NCBI GenBank assembly: GCA_041640595.1
Contig: JBEPZY010000003.1
Span: forward strand, 412,342 to 476,341
Direction: 5' to 3'
DNA length: 64,000 bases
Origin: Gemmatales bacterium
Lineage (GTDB): Bacteria; Planctomycetota; Planctomycetia; Gemmatales; HRBIN36
The notes under the pieces: model-generated
Seen by the model: only the letters and a program-made list of their open reading frames with translations
The model's database searches: none
What the model was told of the DNA's origin: nothing
In this document: one piece after another, positions 41,396-51,653 of the stretch
Layout of the letters: every line of letters starts with the position of its first letter
How positions within the stretch are numbered: position 1 is the first letter of the stretch
Translations under genes and position numbers: made by a program

Positions 41396-41758
41396 TCCTC
41401 GCCAGGACTCAGCGCTTTCGATAAATCTCACGCCCTTCAGGAAATTCCGTTGCCATCCGACCGCTGTTCGGCAGCAAAATGGGTTACCGCTTCAGCTGAC
41501 ACAAACTGCAGTAACGCTCGAATCAACTCGTTTCCGCGAGCTGAGAGCTGGTCTGGATGCAGCCAGGTTTCCTGGCTTGCGCAGTCTCCGAATGGGGCTG
41601 GCCTCGCCACTTTCCATTATCAGCAAACCTTGTGAAAGCGAAGCCGCACTATTAGCGAATTTGAAGTCGAGTTCGCTGCCGCTGGGTGAAACCTTGCTAG
41701 AATAAAATCGGTCAAGCGTCGCCGGGCCGAACCAGATTCGCTACTGGGAGGATGGAAG

Positions 41759-42187
41759 ATGATTCCTGCACGTTCCGGCCCACTGGAAACCGCGTATCGT
41801 CGGTTACGACAGGATGCCGAGACGCTCGAGCAACTGCTGGCCCAGCCTCCCAACCAGCAAAGTGCCGAAGAACTCAAACGGAAGTTGCACGCCCTGCACC
41901 GCGATGTTTGCAACTATTATCGCCGGGTCGAGCCACAGAGCTTCGTTCAGGAAATCACCGACCGCGCTCCGTATCTGCGGCGGGAACTGGAACAATGGCA
42001 ACGCCAGCATCAGCTTCTGATGCAGGAACTGGAACGCACCTGCCGGCAAATTCGCCGACAGCGAAACCACCTCGCGGACAACAAGTCTCGCCTGCAGCAA
42101 TTGCTCCGCGCCATTCTGCAACACGAAGCGGAACGCGACCAGCTGGTGTATCGGTCGTTTTATCCCGAACCTGCTGCCCTGGATTGA
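41759..42187 (+). CDS. Hemerythrin-like helical protein
   Basis: Helical 142 aa with RQH and LQHEAERDQL pattern; GGAGG upstream. Confidence 0.55.
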   Translation: MIPARSGPLETAYRRLRQDAETLEQLLAQPPNQQSAEELKRKLHALHRDVCNYYRRVEPQSFVQEITDRAPYLRRELEQWQRQHQLLMQELERTCRQIRRQRNHLADNKSRLQQLLRAILQHEAERDQLVYRSFYPEPAALD

Positions 42188-42189
42188 CA

Positions 42190-44103
42190 TCAAGCGCTGC
42201 GGGTAGAATCGCCGCTTGAACGCCGATGGAGGATGAAGTGCCGGCCTGCGGACACCAATAAGGACAAACTCAGCCCGGCGACGCAGCTCCAGCAAAACCA
42301 GTCTCCCCAGCGAACGTAAATGGTCAGGCCGGCATATTGGGGGACATCGGCAACAAAGACGGCAGCGCACGCTTTACTGGCTCGCCAGTTCTCCTTCGGC
42401 AACGCCAGTATCGAACCGTCACCGTCAATCACCGCCGAAATGCCCATGTTGACGCTACGCACCAGGGCCCGGCGAGTTTCGGCCGCGCGGAAACGAGCAA
42501 TCGCCAGGTGTTGTTCATGTTCCTCCGAGCCGTGAAACCAGCCGTCGTTGCTCAGGTTCACGAAAAAATCGGGAGTCGTCTGGGCAAAAAACTGTCGGGG
42601 CAGGTGCGGTACCGTATCTTCGTAACAGATCAGCACGGCGAACCTGATGCCTCCTTTCGTGACCACCGCCAGGGGCTTCGCCTGGGTGCCAGGCAAGATG
42701 GAATACTCGTCGCTATAAGGCGACAACCATTCCATCCACGGAAAAATATCTCGCAGGGGGACGTATTCACCAAAAGGAATGCAATACATCTTGTCGTAAC
42801 GGCCGAGGACATTGCCCTGGCTATCCACGAGCAAGGCCGAATTGTACCGCACCAGCCGATACCGAATCGCACCCGGCTGGGATGGTGTTCCCGTATCATC
42901 CACGAAATAAAGTCGGGTGTTGACACCGTGCACCTGCGGAACCGGCAGCAGTCGAGCCAGTTCCCGAATCGTGGCTAACGTCTCCCTTTCTTCCTCCCGG
43001 ACCTTCTCGAACTTTTCCGGGGTGAACAAGTCCCAGGGACGAGCAACAGGCGTGTTCGTCGAAGCCGGGTCAGCGGTCACCTTCTCCACACGCACCCAGG
43101 TGTAGGGCATGGAGGTCTCCGGCCAGACCACCAGCTTTACCTGCGGGTCATGCCGCAAGTGTGCGTGAACCTGCATCACCAGCTCTTTGAACGAATCCAG
43201 AAACTTTTGCCACCGTTCCTCGGAGGGCTCATTGCGTATCTCCTGCGGTTCGTTGGGCTGAACAATGACAATGCGTGCCACGCCGAACGGTGGGAACCCC
43301 TTTTGCCAGTGCCGGGCCAGTAACGGATTCACAAGCAATAAGCCGACAGCCAGCAGGCTCCACCAGAACAGAGCACGATTCGACAGGGCTACCGTCGCCG
43401 TCATGGATGCCGGACAGCACTGACCGCGTCGGTGCCACCTTACGAGAAACTCGGCGATCACTGCGTTGACCAGCATGACCAGTGCGCTGATGCCGTAAGC
43501 TCCCGTTACCGGCACCAGTCCCAGATAGGGCAGGAGATGGTGCTGGGTATGCGCCAGAAAATACCAGGAAAATCCAATGTCGAGGCGGGCCCTTACGAAT
43601 TCGCAAACCGTCCAGACTAGCGGGGCAGCAAGCGGCAAAGGCCAACCTTGCCGGGTCACCAGCCAGCGCACACCGACTGCAAAAAGCCACCAGTGCAACG
43701 CCAGCAACAGAGCCAACCCGAACCAGGCGAAATACATGGTCGGATGGGCCAGCCGTACCCATTGCACGGCCAGCAGGCCGAACAGCATCCCACCGGCGAA
43801 ACTCGAAAGCAGTACACGACCACGCCCGATGCGAAGTAGCCACAACCACGGCACCAGTGCGAACCAGGCCAGCCAGCCCCAATCCGCAGGAAAATAAGCG
43901 AGCCAGAGCAGCAATCCGCTCAGTAAAGACAGCGGCCAGACTAACCGCTCACGCCAGCCCTGCGCTTGCGGTGGCGGGGAAGGATCCGTTGCCGGCGATT
44001 GCCAATTCGCTGGCCGGTCTGCCATTGCTGCATGGATACTGCCTGCTGTCTCTGAAGTATCCGTTACCTGAACGGGGCGAATATTGTCAGCGCTTTGGCT
44101 CAC
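42190..44103 (-). CDS. lnt: Apolipoprotein N-acyltransferase
   Basis: TM N-terminus, QPN, VVWPETS, YDK..IPFGEYVP, ICYED, NDGWF, RAAE. Confidence 0.95.
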   Translation of the reverse strand: MSQSADNIRPVQVTDTSETAGSIHAAMADRPANWQSPATDPSPPPQAQGWRERLVWPLSLLSGLLLWLAYFPADWGWLAWFALVPWLWLLRIGRGRVLLSSFAGGMLFGLLAVQWVRLAHPTMYFAWFGLALLLALHWWLFAVGVRWLVTRQGWPLPLAAPLVWTVCEFVRARLDIGFSWYFLAHTQHHLLPYLGLVPVTGAYGISALVMLVNAVIAEFLVRWHRRGQCCPASMTATVALSNRALFWWSLLAVGLLLVNPLLARHWQKGFPPFGVARIVIVQPNEPQEIRNEPSEERWQKFLDSFKELVMQVHAHLRHDPQVKLVVWPETSMPYTWVRVEKVTADPASTNTPVARPWDLFTPEKFEKVREEERETLATIRELARLLPVPQVHGVNTRLYFVDDTGTPSQPGAIRYRLVRYNSALLVDSQGNVLGRYDKMYCIPFGEYVPLRDIFPWMEWLSPYSDEYSILPGTQAKPLAVVTKGGIRFAVLICYEDTVPHLPRQFFAQTTPDFFVNLSNDGWFHGSEEHEQHLAIARFRAAETRRALVRSVNMGISAVIDGDGSILALPKENWRASKACAAVFVADVPQYAGLTIYVRWGDWFCWSCVAGLSLSLLVSAGRHFILHRRSSGDSTRSA

Positions 44104-45343
44104 GCAGACACCATAGATGTTTCCAGGTGCGGATCAACACGAGATCATCCACGATGACCGGCGTGGCGTGGGTGGTTTCGCCATCGAGTTCATTTTTCGC
44201 CAGCAATTCAAACTTCGGGCTTGCCGCTACCACGTAGGTTACGCCGCGCTTGTCGGTCATGTACAATCGTCCGGCAGCATAGACGGCACTGCCCCAGAAA
44301 GGTTCACCAAGCCGTTCAGTCCACAGCACCTTGCCACTGCGCCATTCTAAGCAATGCAACGAGCCCGGGCTGGCATTGGGTTGGAAGAAATAGTCGCCGA
44401 CGAGCACGCCGCTACCGATCCGCTGAGGATTACGCTGCTCGGTTCGCCAGAGGCGATTGGCAGTGATATTGCCCTGCCCTTCCGGCCGAACCGCCAGTGC
44501 CGGGCCACCGTAGCCGCAACTGACCACCACCACTTCGGGCGAAACCACCGGCGAGGTGTAAACCAGCTTCCCCAACCCTTCGCAGCGCCAGACTTCCTTG
44601 CCGGTTCTGGGTTCGTAGGCGGCGAGGAAGTCCGGCCAGGCAGCAATAACCAGCACGCGATCGTCCGTTTTCAAGATTGCCGGCGTGGCCCAGGAACCAA
44701 GCCAATCGGAAGGTTTCTCGCCATATTTTCCACCGGGAATATCCACTTTCCACACCTCTTTGCCGTCGGTCAGGCTCAACGCTACCAGGAACGTGCGTTC
44801 TCCCGGACCACAATTGAGAAACACCAGGTCGTCGTGAATGACCGGGGAGGCGGCGTTGCCCCAAATCTGATGAATTTTTCCGGTGTCGTAACGCCAGAGA
44901 AGTTTCCCCGCGAAGTCGTAACAATAAACCCCCGCGGAGCCAAACGAAACGACCACGCGCTTCCCATCCGTAGCCGGAGTTGCAGAGCAGTACGGATTGT
45001 CGCGGTGAGTAGGCTCCTTATCCGGATATTGCACCACCTGCCGCCACAATTCCTTGCCGGTGTTGCGGTCGAGGCAAAGCAGGGCGCGTTGATGGCCGTC
45101 AGCGTCGAGCGATTGCGGCAGGAAAATACGGTCCTGCCAGACAACCGGAGTGGCATTGCCAGGCCCCGGCAGTTCGACCTTCCAGGCGACATTTTCCTTG
45201 ACCGACCAGCGCAACGGTGGCCGGGCATTGGCAGGCACGTGGCCATTTCCATAGGGGCCACGAAAGCTCGGCCAGTTGGCCTGGCTCACCGTCAGTGCAC
45301 AGACAAAGCTCACCGCAGTAAATGTGGCGTAGCGCAGCGTCAT
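44087..45343 (-). CDS. PQQ/BamB-like beta-propeller protein
   Basis: Signal peptide, NWPSFRGP.GNG, repeated W-containing blades. Confidence 0.88.
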   Translation of the reverse strand: MTLRYATFTAVSFVCALTVSQANWPSFRGPYGNGHVPANARPPLRWSVKENVAWKVELPGPGNATPVVWQDRIFLPQSLDADGHQRALLCLDRNTGKELWRQVVQYPDKEPTHRDNPYCSATPATDGKRVVVSFGSAGVYCYDFAGKLLWRYDTGKIHQIWGNAASPVIHDDLVFLNCGPGERTFLVALSLTDGKEVWKVDIPGGKYGEKPSDWLGSWATPAILKTDDRVLVIAAWPDFLAAYEPRTGKEVWRCEGLGKLVYTSPVVSPEVVVVSCGYGGPALAVRPEGQGNITANRLWRTEQRNPQRIGSGVLVGDYFFQPNASPGSLHCLEWRSGKVLWTERLGEPFWGSAVYAAGRLYMTDKRGVTYVVAASPKFELLAKNELDGETTHATPVIVDDLVLIRTWKHLWCLREPKR

Positions 45344-45644
45344 GGCAGGCTCCTTTTGCGGGACAGGAGGGAATGGCCTTGCTTGGATGGCAGGAAGGTG
45401 CCCCTCATCCGAGCGGAATTTCCAGGAGCGGTGGGCGGTATTCCGCAGTGGGTCACGGTATCGGTCATCAGGTGGGCAAGTGGCCCATCAAACCACTTCC
45501 CTTCGATCGCGGCGGTCTGCTGTGGATTGCGGTATCGGTCATCAGTCCGCCGGGCATCGCTGAAAAGTGACGGGCGTCAGCTCGTCGGGGAATCCCCGAA
45601 TCGGAGAGTGTCCGCCCGGCATGGGTTAGCGGGTGCACGGTGGG

Positions 45645-46298
45645 TCAAGATTTTTTCGCGTCCAGTTCGGAGGCGGGATGAATTTGCTCTGTGGGCATCT
45701 GTGTGCGTCCCCAGGCGAACCAGGCGTTTTCGATAGCGCGGCGAAATTGCTCGTACTCTTTCACGCCGCGCAGCACCAACACTTCCTGGCTCTGGGAGCG
45801 AATTTCGAGGTCGGCCGCCTGATAGAATTCCTGTTCCGAGCCGGGCACCACCTGCACGGCCAGGCGCGGAAAATCGCCGCCCGGTTCGGTGGCGATATCC
45901 CTTAAGGCCAGTTCCCGTACCGGCCGACCCGACCAGCCTTTCAGAATGCGAATGGCTCGATTGGTCAGGACGTAGCGCGTGGCCGTTACAGGCATGATCC
46001 GCAGAAAGAAAAACGGCGCCAGCAACAACCAGGCCAGCAAAGCCATGACCGTCGCGATCGGAAGTGCCACCAGCATGGCAATGATGCTCAGCCCGGTCGG
46101 TAACCGTAAGGCCGAGCGAATCACCTGCCGCGCTGCCAGCTGGATGCTAGCGCCGAGCCGCGCCGGCGCTCCCCCCAGATAAGCCGTAACCGACGGCCAG
46201 CGTTCCGCCAGTTTCGCCTCGGCAATCTCCGGCTGTATGTTCCCCAGAATCGCCTCCGTTCGCATGTCCCGAACCTGGGGTCGGTTGCCTGGCGTCAT
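45645..46298 (-). CDS. Membrane protein with bacterial PH-like domain
   Basis: TM helices followed by RYVLTNRAIRI. Confidence 0.55.
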   Translation of the reverse strand: MTPGNRPQVRDMRTEAILGNIQPEIAEAKLAERWPSVTAYLGGAPARLGASIQLAARQVIRSALRLPTGLSIIAMLVALPIATVMALLAWLLLAPFFFLRIMPVTATRYVLTNRAIRILKGWSGRPVRELALRDIATEPGGDFPRLAVQVVPGSEQEFYQAADLEIRSQSQEVLVLRGVKEYEQFRRAIENAWFAWGRTQMPTEQIHPASELDAKKS

Positions 46299-46441
46299 AT
46301 CGCAATTTCTCCTCGGTTCTTGCCGGCTAATGCGAGCATGTGGTTCGTGGCTATTCAGGCAAACGAAAATGTTGCAGCGTGCATCCGCATGGATTTCCCA
46401 AAATTATCGCAAAACACAAAGCCAGGGCAAGCGCCAGTATG

Positions 46442-47959
46442 TCAACGTATTTTGCGGATTGCCGATCGGCCGTACAGGGCGTACCAGGCGTGCAGCGCGA
46501 GCAACTGCATGACAAACACCAGTCCGAACAAACAGGTTACGAGGAGATTCGCCACCAGTAAAACACTCCGGTCGGGAACCAGCCCTCCCATGGTGTAGTC
46601 GCTGCTCACCAGGCCGAGCAGGTGGCCGAGCATGAGCAACAATCCAGCCCCACTCAAACAGGCGCTGCCCCAGATGGCCCACAACCGATGCCCCGAAACA
46701 AAGATTCCCAGCGCCAGTCCCGGCAAGTAGCCGCCACAGAGCCACGTCAGAATATGGAGGAGCAGGGACTGGTATTGCGGCGGCTCCAAAACTTCGGTGG
46801 CCAGCAGCAGAAGGCCCAGCAAACACCACAAAATAAACGCCCCGCTGACCAGGGTCATCACCAGAGCGGCGTCGTGCATTCGGGCTGGATGACGCAGCCA
46901 CAAACGGAAACGGTAAGCCATTTCCTGAACCGGCACCTGCACCGCTTCGCCGGCGAGAAAACGTTGCAGGTCGCCGGCCAACGCTGCTGCCGAACTGTAG
47001 CGATCGCCTGGCGACAGATGCAGACACTTCTGGCAGATGGCCACCAGTCCAGCCGGTGCTTGCGGGTTGAGCTGGCCGATGGGCACAATCGCACCGCTTC
47101 GCACCGCCTCAAAAACTTGTGCCAGGCTGCCACCGGAAACCGGCGGCTGACCCGTCAGCAGCTGGTATAAAATCGTTCCCAGCCCATACACATCCGTCCA
47201 GACGCCCAACGTCCCGCCTGCCCAGGTTTGTTCAGGGGCCATGTAAGGCGGCGTACCCGCCAGTTCGGGTGGATTATCGGAAAATCCCTGCAACCGGGCC
47301 AGACCGAAATCGGCAATCTTGGGCCGGCCGTCAGCAGTCAACAATACGTTCCCGGGTTTCAAATCCAGATGCAGCACTCCCGCTTCGTGAGCATACTGCA
47401 CTGCCTGAGCCAGGGCGAGCATGATCCGGGCTATTGCAGTGAAATCCAGAGCTGCTTCCTGTGCCAGGCGCTGGCTCAACGTTCCGCCATCCACATATTC
47501 CAGCACTAGGCACAGCCGATTCTCATATTCCAGCACGTGATACAGCTGGACGACGTTGGGATGTTGCAACCGCGCGGTGGCCTGAACTTCGGCGAGCATG
47601 TTTGTCACCGCAACGCCGGCGCGGGGCTGACGCAGTAATTTGAGCGCCACGCGGCGTCGCATATCGCCATGCCAACCCAGATACACGGCCGACATTCCGC
47701 CCTTGCCCAGTCGGGCAGCGACCCGGTATTCGCCTATGAACAACGGATCGACGGCACCTTCCTGGGGCACCGCACCCGGTTCCGAGACCTCCCTCGCTTC
47801 CGCCTCAGCGTCCGCAAAGAACGGCACGGTGGCTTCCTGTGGCGGCAAAACTTGTTCCGCGGCCATCGGCACACCAGCGTCGCCACGAACTGGCCCAGTC
47901 CCTTCCGGCAAGCCAGACCGGTTCGCTTCTGGTTGATCAGACGAAGCGGCAGCATTCAT
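46442..47959 (-). CDS. Hanks-type Ser/Thr kinase with C-terminal TM helices
   Basis: LGKGGMSAVY, VALK, HLDLKPGN, DFG, GTPPYMAPE; start uncertain. Confidence 0.92.
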   Translation of the reverse strand: MNAAASSDQPEANRSGLPEGTGPVRGDAGVPMAAEQVLPPQEATVPFFADAEAEAREVSEPGAVPQEGAVDPLFIGEYRVAARLGKGGMSAVYLGWHGDMRRRVALKLLRQPRAGVAVTNMLAEVQATARLQHPNVVQLYHVLEYENRLCLVLEYVDGGTLSQRLAQEAALDFTAIARIMLALAQAVQYAHEAGVLHLDLKPGNVLLTADGRPKIADFGLARLQGFSDNPPELAGTPPYMAPEQTWAGGTLGVWTDVYGLGTILYQLLTGQPPVSGGSLAQVFEAVRSGAIVPIGQLNPQAPAGLVAICQKCLHLSPGDRYSSAAALAGDLQRFLAGEAVQVPVQEMAYRFRLWLRHPARMHDAALVMTLVSGAFILWCLLGLLLLATEVLEPPQYQSLLLHILTWLCGGYLPGLALGIFVSGHRLWAIWGSACLSGAGLLLMLGHLLGLVSSDYTMGGLVPDRSVLLVANLLVTCLFGLVFVMQLLALHAWYALYGRSAIRKIR

Positions 47960-48484
47960 AGCGGCAATTCCCCGGTAAGCCACGCAATTGCATTTGCCAA
48001 CCAGGTGCAAAGTTTCGGCACCCGGCGCCGGAACGAAGGGCGCAAATAGTGGATGGCCTCTCGCAGAAACCATACCACCAGCGCAGCGGGCAAATGGAAT
48101 GCGAACACCACTGCTAACCCGACGGCCCGATCGGTTACGAAAACTCTCAGCCACTCGCAACTCGGTGGCCAATGGAGTTCGGGGCATGTTTCCCGGTGGC
48201 CGATCCTGGCCATGATAAGGACTCGTTTTGAGCCGGCAGGCTGACGCTCGCCGTCTCCGGTTGGATCGCCCCGATTCCTGCCCTCACCGCCATTCTTTCA
48301 GGAGCCGTCCCAGGCACTCGCCCCTACTCGTTGTATTTTACGCATAGAACTCCGAATTGTGGCAAAACCGATGCAGGCTGTGCACGGGACAGTCTCAGTA
48401 CGCCGGCTTAGCAACGGCGGCTCAATGTTTGGAGTCCCTGGTTACCGTGGCGGAAGACCGCATGGGCGGTGGCAAGCGTGCTGA

Positions 48485-49729
48485 TTATGCCGCCTGCCGA
48501 TCTGACTCCCACGCAGCCAGAGGCAAATCCGGCAGCACCTGCCGCAAAAAGGCGACTATTTCTCTCCGGAAATGTGTCCGATCGAAACGCAGCGCGTTCT
48601 GGCGGCAGGCTTCGGGGCGAAAGAGTTGGCTTTCCCGTTCAAAGCGCAAAATCGCATCGACTAACGATTCTACGGAGGCCTGGTGGAACCACAAGCCGGT
48701 TGGTCGCGAGCTGTGTTCGGGCGGGATCACTGTCTCGGTGGCCCCACCTTTTCCCAGGGCAATGACCGGCGTGCCGCACGCTTGCGCCTCCACGGGAACG
48801 ATGCCGAAATCTTCCTCGCCCGGAAAAATCAAAGCGCGGCACCGCTGCAGATGTTCGCGTACCAGGCTGTCCGGCAGCCAGCCGGCGAAATGCACTGTCG
48901 GCCCGGCCAGTTCTCGCAGCCGCCGCTCCTCGCTACCGCTGCCGATAACCAGCAAATGCCGGCCTAATTGCGTGCAGGCTTGCACTGCCAGATCCACACG
49001 CTTATACGGCACCAGCGCTGATACCACCAGGTAATACTCACGCCGCGACACCGAAGCGGGTCGGAAAAAATCGGTATCCACTGGCGGATAGATGACCTGG
49101 CTTTCGCGGCCGTAACACTCGCGGATGCGCTGTTGCACGGTGCGACTGTTGGCCAGGAAATAATCCACCTGTTCAGCGGTTCGCCGATCCCAGTCCTGCA
49201 GCAGGTCCAGTACATGCTCGCGCAGTCGAAAAAGCCAGCGCGGCATTTTGACCGCCGACCGATGGAACCCGCCCGCCTGAGATTCTCTGAACACATCGTG
49301 TCGGTGTCTCGGCGTGGTGGCAGCACTTGCTTCGCTGCTTTCGATCTCAGGAAAATACTCCCGCCGTAAATGCCAGACATAGCGCATCGGCGTATGGCAA
49401 TAACAAACATGCACCGCTTTCGGAGAAATGGCGGCAGCTTTGGCGACCGCGTGGCTGGAACTGATCACCAGGTCGTAACCACCCACCCGCAGCGTCCGCA
49501 CTGCCAGCGGCAACAGCGGTAATAACCAGCGATAATAGCGTTCCACCTTCGGCAGATAGCCGAGCCAGCTTTTCCGAATATGACGCTGTTCGATGATCGG
49601 CACGGTGCTGCCAGGACGATAAAACAGCGTAAACAGGTCGGCCTGGGGAAAGAGTCGGCACAACTCTGCCAGCACCCGTTCGCCACCGCGGTAACTCACC
49701 AGCCAGTCATGCACCAGAGCGATTCGCAC
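48485..49729 (-). CDS. GT4 glycosyltransferase
   Basis: HDWLVSYRGGERVL, EEDFGIVPVEAQACGTPVI. Confidence 0.93.
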   Translation of the reverse strand: MRIALVHDWLVSYRGGERVLAELCRLFPQADLFTLFYRPGSTVPIIEQRHIRKSWLGYLPKVERYYRWLLPLLPLAVRTLRVGGYDLVISSSHAVAKAAAISPKAVHVCYCHTPMRYVWHLRREYFPEIESSEASAATTPRHRHDVFRESQAGGFHRSAVKMPRWLFRLREHVLDLLQDWDRRTAEQVDYFLANSRTVQQRIRECYGRESQVIYPPVDTDFFRPASVSRREYYLVVSALVPYKRVDLAVQACTQLGRHLLVIGSGSEERRLRELAGPTVHFAGWLPDSLVREHLQRCRALIFPGEEDFGIVPVEAQACGTPVIALGKGGATETVIPPEHSSRPTGLWFHQASVESLVDAILRFERESQLFRPEACRQNALRFDRTHFRREIVAFLRQVLPDLPLAAWESDRQAA

Positions 49730-49830
49730 CGTTCAGTCGCCTCCCTGCGACTTCTGCCGGGCCGGCTTACCTGCTGCCGCGCTTTCGGGCTGGCCAGACG
49801 CCGCCCGGACCTCTGAAAGCGACGGAGCAT

Positions 49831-50148
49831 TCAATTGAGCGACGGCTCACCGCGAATGCCCCCTTCTCCGGTCAGGCGTACCCCATCACCGCGAATGCCC
49901 AGTTCCTGCAACCACTTGCGCAGGCCCTCCAGACTGATCGGTTCGCGGGGTGGCTGACGCAGATACGGATGGCTTTCCGTTTGCACAAAAACATACAGTT
50001 GCAAATCCGCCCGATATTCCACCTCATAGGTGCGCTGGAGGCTAAAACCGGCCCGTTTGAGACGGTAGGCAATCCAGGCACGCCGGCGTTCGGGGGGAAT
50101 GCGATCCAGCATCGCTTGCGTAATCACACAACGTTTCATCACCCTCAT
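49831..50148 (-). CDS. Hypothetical protein
   Basis: Plausible ORF co-oriented with the downstream glycosyltransferase; no recognised motif. Confidence 0.5.
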   Translation of the reverse strand: MRVMKRCVITQAMLDRIPPERRRAWIAYRLKRAGFSLQRTYEVEYRADLQLYVFVQTESHPYLRQPPREPISLEGLRKWLQELGIRGDGVRLTGEGGIRGEPSLN

Positions 50149-50246
50149 TGTAAACCCCGGGCCGGCTTCCTTCAACCTCGCTCGATTGTCCTCGTTCGGG
50201 TCGGCCGGAATGGCGGGATAACGTTACGCCGACGGTACACGGAGCT

Positions 50247-50342
50247 GTCCCCGTATCGCTAATGCTGCACGGCGAAGTTGGTGTCTATCTCCGACCACAG
50301 TTGGCACACGAGTCCCAGCATCGCTAATGCTGCACGACGAAG
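50247..50342. repeat. Repeat-spacer-repeat unit (31/34/31 nt)
   Basis: GTCCCCGTATCGCTAATGCTGCACGGCGAAG and GTCCCAGCATCGCTAATGCTGCACGACGAAG, 28/31 identical. Confidence 0.8.
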
Positions 50343-50556
50343 CCTTCAGCATTTCCCAGCGCACCCGCTCTCCGAAACATTCGTCCAGAGATTGTGCGCG
50401 AGACCCTGCCGCGTTCACGAGCACTATCTCGACATCCGCACAGCTCCGGATTAGACTGAACTGCGGGTGAACAACTACCGACTACGGAGCAATTGCAAGG
50501 CGGGGGATTCTGGTGTCGGCATTCTCTTCCACGTCCAGGTCGGGGAGGTCTGAGCC

Positions 50557-50991
50557 ATGTCACGGTTCCTCGATTTCCTCGCTTTTTGCTGTCTGACCCT
50601 GGGACTGACGAGCTTCGCACTGGCTGGTTATTACTTTGTGCGTGACCTCGATCAGCCGGGAGCCTATCTGGAACAGGAGCAAATCGAGCTGGGTGAGGTG
50701 CCGCCCGACAAAACTGTAACGGTCTATGTTGCGGTCGTGAACCCGACCTGGCACACGGTGCGACTGGTGGGCATCGGCCACTGCTGAAACCTCAATTGCC
50801 GCTTCCGGGCGAAGCATCTCGACCTCGCGACGATTTATCCAGGTCAGCGGCTCATCCTGCCCTGTGTCGTCAAAACCGGCGTGGCAGGACACGAATTCGC
50901 TGGTCAGATTCACCTCTGGTTAGACGACTACGGCCTGCGTGAACTGGTCGTCCATGTGAAGGGTCAGGTGGTCGCCAACCGCAGCAACTAA
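50557..50991 (+). CDS. Candidate selenoprotein, membrane-anchored Ig-like (DUF1573-like) fold, C-U-x3-C
   Basis: In-frame TGA at 50785-50787 in GIGHC*NLNC; frame stays open for 67 more codons; SECIS-like hairpin at 50801-50815. Confidence 0.7.
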
Positions 50992-51222
50992 CCCGCAACA
51001 ACGTTTACCACTTCCCTGATTGCCGCTCTGGGTGGGACATACGCCCGACGTCGGTTGCGGCTTGTCCTTGCATGCTCCAGCTTCCGAAAAACGGAACCCA
51101 GAAGCCGAATCGGTGTTTATGAGGTTAAGGCACGCACAGAGCCGAAACGAACTCAATAGGTGTGCTGGTGCTGGCTAGGCAAACAACCAGCCGGCACCGT
51201 AACCGCAAACAAGGAGCTGGCC

Positions 51223-51528
51223 ATGAAGCGATTGCTGACGGCAGTAGTGGCGGCAACCATCGCCATAAGTTGCCCTCTCTGGGCAGCAGATGCTAACAAA
51301 AAGCCGGCGAAAAAGGCCAACAAACTGGAGCAGGTTTTCAAAAAGCTCGACACCAATAACGATGGCAAACTCTCCCTCGACGAGTTTCGCAAAATTGTGG
51401 ACTATCGCCCCAAGCTCAAAGAAAAAGCAGCCAAGCTGGATAAGCGATTCACCAAGCTCGATAAAAACGGCGACGGCTCGGTGAGTCTGGACGAATTCAA
51501 GGCTGGCGGCAAGAAGAAAACGAGCTAA
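51223..51528 (+). CDS. Secreted EF-hand protein
   Basis: AAGGAG RBS, signal peptide, DTNNDGKLSLDEF and DKNGDGSVSLDEF. Confidence 0.9.
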   Translation: MKRLLTAVVAATIAISCPLWAADANKKPAKKANKLEQVFKKLDTNNDGKLSLDEFRKIVDYRPKLKEKAAKLDKRFTKLDKNGDGSVSLDEFKAGGKKKTS

Positions 51529-51653
51529 CCTGCCGACCGACGGCGAAGCGCCGCACAGGGCTAATAATTGTCTGCCTGCGTTCGGGTCTGCGGCGTAAAG
51601 CAGGAACGCTTTGTCGAATAGCGATGCAACTTGCACGCCATGCAACTGGCAGC

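Noticed and set aside
44354..45736. 460-aa plus-strand ORF
   Set aside because: Antisense shadow of the PQQ-propeller gene
50278..50311. Mini-array spacer matching the IS repeat at 6883
   Set aside because: Only about 10 nt shared (CCACAGTTGG), which is expected by chance
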